From assembly GCF_018977255.1 (NCBI RefSeq), contig NW_024704743.1, forward strand, positions 89,344,001 through 89,408,000: a stretch of DNA of 64,000 bases. The letters run 5' to 3'. A model generated the notes under the pieces. The model saw only the letters and a program-made list of their open reading frames with translations. It made no database searches and was not told where the DNA came from. The position numbers and the translations under genes are program-made. This DNA is from Callorhinchus milii (taxonomy: Eukaryota). Below, piece by piece: positions 12,411 to 24,750 of this stretch; position 1 is the first letter of the stretch; every line of letters begins with the position of its first letter.

Positions 12411-12607
12411 CGATCTTATCCATATTAAGTGAAATAAGTTTTGGCCTTTGTCATCCAAACTAATCTTATGATCTTATGAAGTTTAATGAGAACATGGGAC
12501 CTTGCTGAGCTCTCATGACTCTGGGTGCTGTTCATTGTTTATGCCCAAGTCCTTTTTCTGGAGGGCATACAATGGTGATGACTCTACAGCACTTTTTTGA
12601 TGTCTGT

Positions 12608-12845
12608 ATCATTTCACTTTCTTCTCACATCACTTTGCACTTTGTGTCACTCATTTCACTTCATTTCACATCACTACCCATTTCTTCATGTTCCACAATT
12701 CACTTCACTGTTCTTCAAATAGCTTCAACTTTTGCAGCATTTCATACCATCTTTCTTTACCTCATGTTCTTCATGTCATTTGTCCTCACATCACTTCTCT
12801 TAATATCACATCACTTCTCTTGGCTTCACTTCATATCCCACGTCT
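12608..12845 (+). repeat. Degenerate (TTCAC/ATCAC)n low-complexity tract
   Basis: Dense tcac/tcat pentamer-like units; accounts for the spurious F/H/S-rich ORF 12515..13051. Confidence 0.7.
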
Positions 12846-13814
12846 TAGTCTTTTCAAAACCTTACCAACACAGATGCATTGACGATAGGGAGTTTATGGT
12901 AAGGGTAGCATATTACCTGCACTTCCTGTTGCAATGTGTTACTTGTAATTTTCTCCCCTTCTGTTGGCATTCTGATATACAATATTTTGCGGTTATCAGT
13001 AGTTCGCTAATAACTTGTCAAGTGGGCACTACTCAATTAGAGACAGGCTGATCAAATTCTCACCCAAATATACACAAACACCATAACAACAACTTGTACT
13101 AATATAGAACTTTTCATGTAGTTCTCACAACAGAGATAGAATGGCAGCTCAATGAAAAGATTGGTTGGGGAAGGAGGAAAATGACCAAAGCTTTGTAGAA
13201 GGGTTTTAAAAACTGAGAGAAAGTGTATAAAGCAGAGAGATTGCCCAGTTCCAGAGAATGGGGGTAAAGTGCCTGAAGACTGTCTCAGTGATGGTGCGAA
13301 AGAGGAACTGGAGGAGCAGATTAGAGATGATAGACACACACACACACTCATTCCACACAAGGGAGAATTACTGTTATGTATGGATAGCTTTAACATAGGC
13401 AATGATTGCAATCTTTTTGTCACCCATTATAAAGACTTCACAAAAAGATTACCCTATTTAGAAATAACCTTATGAGAGATCCCACACTACTGAGCAAAGA
13501 TACCAATTTCAGAATTACTTTAGCAGTCACTGTTCCAATGCGTAAATTCCATGATCGATGTATCATTACAATTGGGAACACAACACAAAATGAGTGGATA
13601 AGACTACTGTATCATTAAATCATTTAGTTGAATAGAGGATAGATTTCCAAGGAAAATTGTATTCAGTTTTATACTAGGGAATTATACTTCTAATATTGCA
13701 ATATTGTCATAGCGATATTTCTGAATACATTTCTTTAACCAAGTACAGCACATTAGAAATAAATCATCTCTTCAGTACTTGAATCATAGAATTATAGAAT
13801 TTTAAGGCATAGAA

Positions 13815-14480
13815 GGCAGTGACCCAAGTGGTTAAGGCCCTTAAAAATCCTTGGGATTTATACCTAGGGAAATAGTGTATAAGTACAAAGAGGTCATATT
13901 GAATTGCTATGGAATGCTGGTCAGGGCACAGTTGGAATATCGTGTGCAGTTTTGGGCTCTTCATTACAGACACAATGTAAACGCACTGGAGGTGGTGCAG
14001 ATGACATTCACCAGCATGTTGCCTGGATTGAGGAAATAGTTATAGGGAAAAGCTTGATAAATTGGACTTTATCATTTGGCACTCAGAAGACTGAGAAAGA
14101 ATATGATTGAGGTATATAAAATGACGGGAGGCTTAGATAGGGCTTAGATAGGATTTAGATAGGGTGCATAGGGAAGGATTATTTCTAGTAGTCAGAGGGT
14201 CTAGGACTCAAAAGTAATTTTAAAATCAGAACCAGCAAGTCTAGAATGGGGATTAGGAAGATCTTTTTCATGCAGGGATTGGTGGGAATGTGGAATTCTT
14301 TGGGTGGCAACCATGTGCACGTATAGAAAAAGACTGGACACATGGTGAATAGAGAATACATTTGAGGGATATGGGGAAAACCCTGGGTATAGAATTAAGG
14401 ATAGAATCTAGGATTAGTACTTGTGTGGAGTATTAACACTTACAGGACTAGATGGGATGAAAGGCCTGTTTCTGAGCTGT
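13815..14480 (+). mobile_element. CR1 LINE 3' fragment
   Basis: ORF 13851 YKYKEVILNCYGMLVRAQLEYRVQFW...ALEVVQMTFTSMLPGL is the CR1 ORF2 C-terminus. 11-bp triplication at ~14130-14163; typical gatgggatgaaaggcctgtttctg end. Confidence 0.85.
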
Positions 14481-14754
14481 ACTTTCTATGACATCTATGA
14501 ATGGAAGGCAATTCAGCCCATCTTGCCTGTGCCAACTCTGGTAAGAGCTATTTGATCATCCCAAACCTCTGCCTTATCTCCTTAGCCTGTCTTATATTTT
14601 TCCTTTTTATCATATTTGTCTAATACTCTTTTAAAATCTATTGTGGATTCTGCATCAACCACCATTCTTAGGGCATTTTATATCCTAATAATCCCTATGA
14701 CAAACACCAATGACTCCTAACCCTCTGCCTTTGTTTTTCTGGTAATTATCTAAA

Positions 14755-15140
14755 TAGTCTTAAAATTAGAGCTAGGCCACTTAGGAGTGAAATCAGGAGG
14801 CATTTTTTCACACAAAAGGTTGTGGAAATATAGAATTCTTACCCCAAAAAAGTTGTGGATACTGGATCCGTGCAAATTTTCAAGACTGAGGTGGATAGAT
14901 TTCTGTTAAGTAAGGGTATCAAGGATAATGGGTCAAAGGCGGGTAATTGGAGTTGAGGCTCAGATCAACCATAATTGTATAATATACAGTTCATTCACTT
15001 TTCAGTATATTCTGTACAGTCCTTTGAGATGTCTCGAAGACATGATATGGCGCTATTATGAAATGCAAGGGTTATTATTATAAAATGGCGGACCAGGTTG
15101 AAGGGGTTGAATGGCCTACTCCTGTTCCTATGTTCCTATT
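14755..15140 (+). mobile_element. CR1 3' end interrupted by a SINE tail (~14980-15082)
   Basis: Homologous to the CR1 at 29776-30070 in opposite orientation; ends gaatggcctactcctgttcctatgttcctat. Confidence 0.85.
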
Positions 15141-16059
15141 AAAAGGTATATATATATATATTAACACATATATGTGTAAAATATGCATATTTATCTTTTC
15201 CTAGTTTTGAACAGCATGAGCAGGTCTCCTCTCTTGAGCAAATTCACATTCAACATGACCCAGTGGAAACATTGGCCTCCAGAAGAGACCAGCTAAATAA
15301 ATATTTACTTCCCTCATTGTTCTATAGTGGATTCCGATGTAGAAAAAAAATACCAACTACACTTAGTTTGACTGAAACACAAATTGTCTGTACAAATCTT
15401 CAATCATGGGAGTCCAGTCATACATTACAGTTCAAGTTGATTTAAAAGGTGTTCAACTAAGAAAATGTTTATTGGGCACGGTTAAATAAGTAACCAATGC
15501 TTCTAAAAATCAGTCAATCGTGTTTTTTTAAATAAACTCAAATTATATTCTGCTAAAAGAGTTTTGTTAGCTTATATAGATTTACCACTGAAAGCACAGT
15601 TAATCACTCCATTGATCTTTTTTTCTCAACACTTTAAACTCAATTGGCTGTTAACTGATCAGAGTTGGTGGAGGAGCTCACTAGCTCAGTGATTATAACA
15701 GGGCTACTCCAACAGTTTCTACAGTCATGTGTTTGGGTCTATTGCATTTAGTATTGTGGAAATAGCCTTCAAATTAAGACTGAATTTTAAGATTGTTTTC
15801 CAAATGTCTGCTTGATCTTGAATTTTAATAATTGGCCTAAGCCTATGAATATGAAGAATTTTGGTTCCCCTTAGGCTGAGCCAGGTTGAGAATTCCTCTT
15901 GCTGTTTAAAGTACTGTCACTTTGATGATTTATTCTTAGAATATTCTTCTTCTTTTCCATTTATAACCCACACATCATGAATGACTTTAAATTTACCAGC
16001 AAAAGTAATTGTAATTTTGCTTATCATACTGATCACCTGAATTCACAGTCCAGGCTGAG

Positions 16060-16290
16060 CCTCCAGTGCAGGACAGGAGGTATGTTGCTTTATTGGAGGT
16101 GCCCTCTTCAGAATAAAATGTTAAACTGAGGTTTTTGTCTGTCTGTTCAGGTAGACGTTAAAAATCCTATGGCACTATTGGTAAATAGAAAGGAATTTCA
16201 CCTGATGTCCTGACTGATAATCCCCCAAACAAAATTTTAGTTATTTTAGTAAGTTATGGCCATCTGTGAGACATTGCTGTGTGCAATTTA
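16060..16290 (+). mobile_element. Deu-domain SINE fragment
   Basis: Deu core: ggaggtgcc...gttaaactgagg...ctgttcaggtagacgttaaaaatcctatggcacta. Confidence 0.75.
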
Positions 16291-16369
16291 CTAAGTGATT
16301 AGGGAATATTGCTAACTTATTTACTCTCTGCTATGGGATATTAACAAAAATGTACATAACACATGGACC

Positions 16370-16810
16370 TGCTCAAAACATCATCTCCTGTTTACTTGAG
16401 ATCTGCACTAATGCTGAAAGGATCAATTTCAAGATCCTTTCACTTGTCTTCAAATCCCATTGTGCCCTGGCACCTCACAACCTCTCCAGCCTGTTTACTC
16501 CCAACCCACAACCTGCTGCCTCTGCTCGATTGGCTCCAACCTTCTACATGTCCCTCATGCCCTCCGTTCCACCATTAGTGACCACAGTTTCAACTTCTAT
16601 GCCCAGAACCTATGCAACACTCTTCCTCTATCCCTCTGCCTTGCCCCTTCCTTCCCTACCTTCAGGTCGCACCTGAAGACCTTCCTCTTCGACCGTGCAT
16701 ACAGTCACTTCCCCCTCCCCCCGGCTCAGCGTTGTGCTCCATCACTGTCAAGCACTCTGGGATGCTACCCTGAATGAGGGGCGCTGTATAAATACAAGTT
16801 GTTGTTGTTG
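16370..16810 (+). mobile_element. L2 3' fragment
   Basis: ERINFKILSLVFKS and FRSHLKTFLFDRA across frameshifted ORFs; (TTG)n tail. Confidence 0.85.
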
Positions 16811-16855
16811 CACTACAAATCCACTTTCTTATTGCAATCAAAATGCTCTCAGTAT

Positions 16856-17140
16856 AACAACAACAACTTGGATTTATATAGCGCCCTCCACCCCGGACGG
16901 CATCTCAGAGCGCGTCACAGTAACGGATCCCAGGGCTGAGCCAGGGGGAGGGGGAGGAAGGTGACCAAAGGCGTGGTCGAAAAGAAAGGTCTTCAGCAGA
17001 GACCTGAAAATAGGAAGAGAGGGGACGAGGCGAAGGGAGTGAGGAAGGGAGTTCCAGAGACTCTGGGTGTAGTGGCTGAAGGCACAGCTGCCGATGGTGG
17101 AGTGGAGGATTCGGGAGACAAGGAGGAGGCCAGACCCAGT
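16856..17140 (-). mobile_element. L2 3' fragment, tail-to-tail with the previous copy
   Basis: (CAA)n tail; ggcgtggtcgaaaagaaaggtcttcag and gggagttccaga motifs. Confidence 0.85.
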
Positions 17141-18779
17141 GGAGCTATAAATGAGGATAATAGTTCACATTTAAAGGTGAATCTGGTATTTTGCAATCTT
17201 TCAACCCATGTAAACATTAACTGGTTTGTTTGGCCCATGTCCAGACCTCAGTTAACTTTGTTCAGATTGGGTCTATATTTTCCAAACTCTTGAAATTCAT
17301 GCTTTCCCTGCAGGAACATGATATTCCAGCTCAGAGAGTGAGCAGAATAATACAAGGAGATTGGATCTCCTGAGGTCAACTTGTGTGGTGTACAATGTCA
17401 ATTCAGGTGCATTTGTTGCAACAACAAACCTGTACTCATAAAGTGCCTCTTACGTAGGATGAATGTCTCAAAGCACTTTACAGACATAACAGAGAGAACT
17501 GACCAGGGAAAAGGCAAATTGAAAGGTGTTGACCAAAAATACTGTTGAAGAAATATCTTTAAAGAGGGTTTTGAAAAAAGGGAGTAAGGGAGCAAGGCAA
17601 AGAAATTTTGAAAGTGGTCTTAAGATGAAATTCTATTGTGCTGGGTTGGATGCTCTCAATAGAGTAATTTGCAGCACCTATTCCAGGGCTGAAGAAGAGT
17701 ATTAACACTCAAGGGCTCAAGGCTCAGTTGTTAATCACAATCTAGCAACCAATGGAGAAATATGTATATGTAAAGGAAGGACATGACTTTGCCACAAGTA
17801 CACAATCCTTAACTCCTGTGAAGCGCTTTTAGAAACGTTTCCAATGTGATAAAGTAAGGATTATTAAGATCAGACCTAGCTGCTATGCTCTCACGATTGA
17901 ATGAAAGGCTGTTCACACTAACACATTAAGAATGGCATTGGCCGATGTTCTGGACAACAGTCCCTATCTGTGGTATTACACCACAGTATGAATCAGCTTG
18001 AGAAGAGAAAAAGAAGAAAATTGGGTATTGATGCACAAACAAGGTCAATATTCGAATGTTAGAACTAGCATATTCTTGACTTTTACTGCAGCTTTTTGAA
18101 AGTCTGTAAGAAGAATAGTTTCCTCTTCAATATGCTGATGGTTTTTGCTTCAACTACAGCTTCATTGGGTGAAGAAGTTCTACCTAAATTCCCTTTTAGA
18201 TCTGCGATGCTGTACCAAACATAAAGATTATTATCGTATATTTATACCTCCTTGTTTTGAATTTATCAATAAATGGGAACAGCTTGTCAATATTCACCTT
18301 ATTGTGTCCTTTTATTAATATTGCTGATGGTGGCTTACTGTAAAATATTCTGTCTGCTTTTAATTGTATTTAAAATAATTAAATGTAGATATGATAATGA
18401 TAAATGTTGCATGTAATGCATTTCTAGGTTACATTTGGCTTTAATTTATTTCAAACAGTGAAGAAGAAAGGAGGGACTGATGCCAGAAATAGGAAGAAAC
18501 GATTTACACTGGTCAGTGACTAGGTAATTAAATATAGGGAAAACTCTTTATCAAGTGTTTTTTAAAAAAAAATCACATTTGATATAGTGCTTTTCACATC
18601 AGGTGGACATCTCAAAGCACTCCACATAATCTATTGTAAAGTGGAGTGACTGTGTATTTTGTTGGCGAACACAAATTAATAATTTTAGACAGAAGATATT
18701 TAAACATCCAGACAGTGAGCAGATTTGCAGTCCTTATGATTGTAGAAGCAATGATTCTTTTCTGGGGCTACAGGCAGCC

Positions 18780-19040
18780 TGTCTTTTAGGATCTCAAGCA
18801 AGTGGCCTTCTGCATGTGTCAGCTCAGACATTATGTGAAAAAATTGCTATTCAACCACGGCGGGAGAGAGGCAAGTCAGTCGAGTCCATGCATATTTACT
18901 TTCTAGCAGGAATGGATGATTCTCTCCTCCCTGGCCCTTGGGGACTGAGGACAATTGTAGCATTCTTTCCACAGCGCTGGCTGAGATCAGTTAACTCAGC
19001 TTAGATCAGGCATAATACCTAGTACCTTCCTGGTAATATG
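18780..19040 (-). mobile_element. Old tRNA-derived SINE with LmeSINE1-like head
   Basis: Minus strand reads ccaggaaggtactagg...gctgagttaactgatctcagccagc, resembling recalled LmeSINE1/shark SINE heads. Confidence 0.45.
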
Positions 19041-20044
19041 TTAATTTGGTGTTTCTAACAATAGAGCACTGTGCTCCAAAACCAGTGGCATGCGTTCAAA
19101 CGACAGCTCTGACTGACATTCAGACTCGCTTTGTGAATCATTTTGGCCAGGCCACTGCATTAAACATCTGAACAGGAAACATAAGGTAGACAAGCAACAC
19201 AAATATATGCAGTAACATGATATATTTTATGGGAATAACTGATGGAATCTGAAAGCATATTCCCTTTGGGGAAAAAAGTAAACTCCAAAATCTACCATTT
19301 ACCCACTAATTTAGGCGGATATTTTCTCAGTGAAAACTGTTTAGCAGATGCAATTCTGGTAAATTGCCCCAGCTTGTAGTGTTTCACCCAATCTAAGAGT
19401 AAAGAATAAGAACAATAGTAGCAACATTTTATGTTTCTTTCATTTGATGTAGCATCTATAACATCAGAGTTTTCTGTATTTTGTAATGACTGTATTTTGT
19501 CGGCAAACACGGCACCCAATTTCCACACAGCAATGTCCCGCAAATACCCGTGAATTGAATGGTCACTTCATGCACCCCCCCCCCGCCCCCAGGAAGTGCT
19601 GTTGTCCAGTAATTCTGAGGGCAATTCTTAGTGATTTCACTAAGTTCAACTCAGATCAGATGAATCAGCACACACCAGGGATCAGACTTTCTGATGGAGC
19701 TATTCATTTAGAGCCATCCCTCTGGACATTCTCTACCCCCTTTTATTGTAGGAATATGGCTGTAAAATAACTATTTGCTTTTATTTTTCTCATTTCCCCC
19801 CACCACTCTCAGATATGAATTGCTCCACAGTTCTATAATCCTTATCGTACTGACACTGCAAAATGGATAAAGCGAGAGACGAGTTGGCAATTCTGCAACA
19901 TTGCCTATAATTATCTTAATCCTCTCCTTTGACAGGACACTTCCTCAACATGAGAATACACAAGAGCAGAACAGACCATTGTAATCCATGGAATAGTTCT
20001 AAATAACTTTTATACTCAATCTAAACTAAAATCCTGCAACGGGT

Positions 20045-20390
20045 GTGTGGCACTGTTGCTTCCGGATCAAAAGCTTATGGGTTCAAGCCCCATGTTGCCA
20101 ATTTTGAAACTCATAGACATGGTTGTTAATATTGAGGGCGCACTCTACTGTTGTCAATGATGTCCTTCAGATGCAACATTAAACCATCAAGGGGATGTAC
20201 AAGATCCTGTAACATTGTTTGAAAAAAGAAGAGTTTCTTCAATGTTCCAGGCAAAAATCTTCCATATAAAATTGACCATTCACTTCATGGCTATTTGTGG
20301 GACATTGCTGAGCGCAATGATTGCCGACAAAATAGTAGTCATTGTATAGAAAACTCTCTGATGTTATAGATGCTACATCAAATGAAAGGA
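20045..20390 (+). mobile_element. Deu-domain SINE (near full length, old)
   Basis: tRNA-like head with gggttcaagccc, Deu core, and tgtgggacattgctg 3' block. Confidence 0.75.
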
Positions 20391-21734
20391 ATATAAAATG
20401 GCAATCCCTGGGCCAGAAGGATCAATGAGTATTCCAACCAATTTAGTGGCCATTGTAGCCTTGGGTTCAGCCAGGGAGGTGTTCATTGTGGCCAATCAAC
20501 TAGGACATGATCTGGACCAAAAATTCAAATGGCCTGATAATTATTACTGGTGCCAATTATCATATCGAATGTTATTCTTAGCTTACTGAAAATTAGATTC
20601 TAATGAAAAAAATATGAATCCCAGAGGATACATAACATTTGGAGTTTTCCTGCTTCTGGGAGGATGAGGACCTGATTTTCTTTCAAAAATGGGAATTTCC
20701 ATGTATATAGAACCACACTCATCGATCAACATGTACCTCATCAATTTTGATGTCCAGACGATGTGTTCAAGAGATATACAAGTATTTGTAATTGGTTTGC
20801 ACACCACTACCCATAACACAATTTCAGTTCCCTTGCCAGATCAAAAGAAAATATGATCCAAATGTAATGTGCTTGTCATTATTTGGAACCAGCATATAAT
20901 ATTCCTGTTCAACCAGTCTATGCAAGATTGTAATCTGTAGTTGTAGCATCTGCTTATTCTGAAATACCTACTGTAAGTATTCTGTGGCACATAAGATAAG
21001 ACTAAAAATTGTTAAATTAAAATTATGTAATGCGTCAGTACGCTTCCAATAAAAAGACTATTAATCCATATTACCAGAATTCATTAATAAGAAGATCGCA
21101 TTGGTCTAAGTCATCTGAGAACAACAACCATATCAGTGCTTCCAGCTGCTAAATATCAAAGCTAGTTACCAAAGAATTTATAGCATTTGCTGGCTCACTC
21201 TTTAGTTCTGCTGCTGTAACTTTAGTAGGTATTCTTTAATTTCTGTGGATATAACATGAAATGTAAGCTTTTTATAACATCTAGCTGTGGTATGCAAAAC
21301 CTGGGCATATTTTAACATCAGAGACACTCGCTCCACATCAACTATGGATGAATATGATTTATTAAACTGTTATTTCAAAACATTTTAGGAAATAAAAGCA
21401 TTTGAAAAAACTTTGAACAATGTGTCAATTCCATAGTTATCAAGCCAGTGTGCATGTCAAAAAAACAATGCAAGAACATGACAGAAGGTTTGGGAAAAGC
21501 TCTCTAATGGCAGTCAAACACTTCTTAATTGGTTTGACTCTTGATTAAAATATGTTTTTGTGAATGTCAAATTCCGCGACGACAGCAATTTAAATTCCCC
21601 AAATTTCACTCTTCTTGTAACTCTGATTTTAAAAATCAATTAATTGATTTTCACTTCAGTAAATTATGCAGAAGGATAAAATAAACACTGGCAGTTATTT
21701 TAATCCACAAAATTCAAGCAGAGCTCTGTTCACA

Positions 21735-22080
21735 GTCTGGGCTGACTCTCCACTGCAGTGCTGTGTGCAGTGCTGCATGGTCGGAGACGCCATCCTTCAG
21801 ATATGATGTTAAACCGAGTTCACATCTGGCTGTTCAAGTGGATGGTAAAAATCCCATGGCAGTATTCAAAAAGAGAAGGGAGCTTCTCCCAGTTTCCTGG
21901 CCAACAATCCCCCAGATAAAATTGACCATGGCTATTTTGGGGATGTTGATGTGTGCACACTGGCTGTAAATTCTCCTACAAAATACACAGTCACCACACT
22001 TTACAGTGAATCCTGTGAACTGCTTTGAGAACTTTCAATGACATGGTAAAGGGCTGTTATCAAATGCAAGGATTATTTAA
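21735..22080 (+). mobile_element. Deu-domain SINE
   Basis: Deu core plus L2-type tail ending caaatgcaaggattatt. Confidence 0.85.
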
Positions 22081-23445
22081 TAGTAGTAGCATTATTTCAA
22101 CAAACAATGATTTTGTTCAGCAGGCTTTCACAAATGTGTTCATGTTTGATCAAAATTGATCAAACTGCAGTGTAAGGGTGTAGGATCTCAGTGTCCAAAC
22201 CACGAACACAAATCCTGAACAGTTATTGCAGAGCATATAAAGATGTTAACATCATATGAAAAGTGCTTACATAGATGTTCCTAAAATTATTTTTGCTGTA
22301 TAAGAAATCTGTACTAAAACATAAAACATTGCTTTTTCAGCCTGACACTTTACACACCAAGCACATTCTGTTCCCATCTTATCAGTGTCTTGTTCGAGAT
22401 AGATGAACATTTCCAAGGTTGTTTACTTGTTATTTAAAGCAGTATTATAAACTTTGGAATCTGAAAATGTTAGCAAAATGTGTCACGCTTTACTGCATAG
22501 ATTTACGGATTTATTCTGTCTGTTAATGTCTACACTGCTGGTGAACCACCTTCATCATTTCCTTGGAAGAAAGGTTTCATTCACAGCAAAGAGGTGTTAC
22601 AATTCAGTGCAATACAAAATTACATTTCTGTAGTGTCTTTCACATTAGGAGGACTGCTTAGCAATATTGGCTTGGCACCTGAGGTAAGGGTGGGAGTCTG
22701 GGGAACGGGAAAGATAATAGCCAAAAGCTAATTGGGCATTAGCACAACTATACATAATAATAAATAATAATAATAAATAATCCTTGCATTTGATATAGCA
22801 CCTTATCTCATCGTTGAATGTCTCAAAGTGCTTCACTGGATATACTATGAAGTGGAGTGACTATGTATTTTGTGCACAAAATGTCTCCCCTATCTAAGAT
22901 ACTCAGCAATAAGAAAATAGCTGCATTTATACTTCTGTCATGAAATGGACTTCACCATGTAAGAATTTCTGTAACAGGTAATGGTTGTGTATTTTGTAGA
23001 CAAACACAAAAGCCAATTTGCACATAGCAATGACCCACAAACAGGCATGAAATGAAAGACCAATTTATGCAGTGTGCTCTCTGGAATTAGGTTAGCAAGT
23101 GTTTCCCTCCATGTTTAAGTGGTATGCGGATATGGCATGCTCTGTTTGGTTTGGATACTGATAAAATGGTGGCGCATTCCTGCATGTGCCAGATACCTGG
23201 CTAACCAAAAAAATAAAGATCCATAGATTACATTCAGATCCTTCATTTCACCTGCCATGACTGTGTGTTGTAAATAATGCTCCTCCTCTTTCCTGATTTC
23301 CCTGTCCTTTTTGAAGATCCTATATCCTGGAATAATGACCAATATTTATTTAACACAAGTCACAAATAGTACCACTATTAGTGAATCACATTGACCTGCC
23401 AGAACTATGCTCCAAAAATACATCACAAATGATTCCTATTATTGA

Positions 23446-23605
23446 ATAATAATAATATAATAATCCTTGCATTTGATATAGCGCTTTTCACATCTTCTAG
23501 ATGTCTCAAAGCGCTTCACAGAATATGCTGTAAAGTGAATTGACTGTATATTTGTGGGCGAAACATGGCAGCCAATTGCTCACAGCAGTGTCCCATAAAC
23601 AGTCA
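23446..23605 (-). mobile_element. SINE 3' fragment with (TTA)n tail
   Basis: (AAT)n followed by ccttgcatttgatatagcgc...gcagccaattg; closely matches 42376-42540. Confidence 0.9.
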
Positions 23606-24334
23606 ATTGCTTTATAGACAACTATTCTCTGAAATATAAACATATGAAGAATGTTCTTTATTTGAAGCTAAAATAATACACAAACATCCTGCCATGAAGC
23701 TTACCTTCAGTCCACATAGATAATGATAGATGCTAAATATGAAAATATATCCCTCATTTACCTAGCCATTCTATGGGAACTTTGGTGTTTTGCACTGGAG
23801 ATCAATTTGTTTTAAGGATTGTTTTATTACTCATACCAATCACCCTGGCAGCTGATCTTTTTTTATTGAGTGCTAGCCTGCAATTGAGCCACATGGTTTA
23901 AATCATTAGCACATTTTCTGCAGTCCTGCACTTTCCTAACCTTGGAAAACATTATTTACATGTTTCAAAAACAATTATGACCACCAAACCCTTCTGTGGC
24001 TTTTGGTTAAGACATTTCTGTTTTACTTTGAAGAAATATGTGTTTATGTTTGACATATTGCTTCACTGGAAGACTTTGTTATCACTTTCTGCCCTCTCTG
24101 TCAGTCTCCACTTGTTTGTCATTTCAGTCTGAATAATTTTAACTAACATCTTATTGAGTGGCTTAAGTTACTAAGTAGTAATAGATTTGAATTGTAGAAG
24201 TTAGATTAGTACCTCAGAAATACATGCAAAAGGTTAACCTTCTAATGCCATGTTTAGATAGAAGTTGGATTTATATTTCCTGTTTCCAATCACACTTTCC
24301 AGAGACAAGAGAGAGTCTTGCAATGCACAACATG

Positions 24335-24750
24335 CCAGCAGATCCTCTCTAAATCAGATGGTGGTAGGTTTAAGCCCCATGTCAGGATTTTGAACTCACA
24401 TGTTCTAAGCTGACACTCCAATGATTCGCTGGGAGTGTGCTGTATTGTTGGAACTGCCGTTCTTCAGATGACAAGTTAAAACCAAGATCTCATCTGCCTG
24501 TCCAGGGGAATGTTAAAGATCCCATGACACTATTCAAAAACAGAATGAAGTTTCTCCCATTCGCTTGTGCAACAATACCACAAATAAAATGAGGAATCCA
24601 CTTCATGGCTGTTTGTGGACATTGACGTGTGTAAATTGGCTGCTGCATTCACCTACAAAAAAACAGTCACTACACTTTACAATAAATGCTATATAGTGCT
24701 TTGACACAGCCTCCCGACATGAAAGGCACTATATTAAAAGATTATTACTA
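24335..24750 (+). mobile_element. Deu-domain SINE (near full length)
   Basis: Head remnant, Deu core and L2-type tail. Confidence 0.8.
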
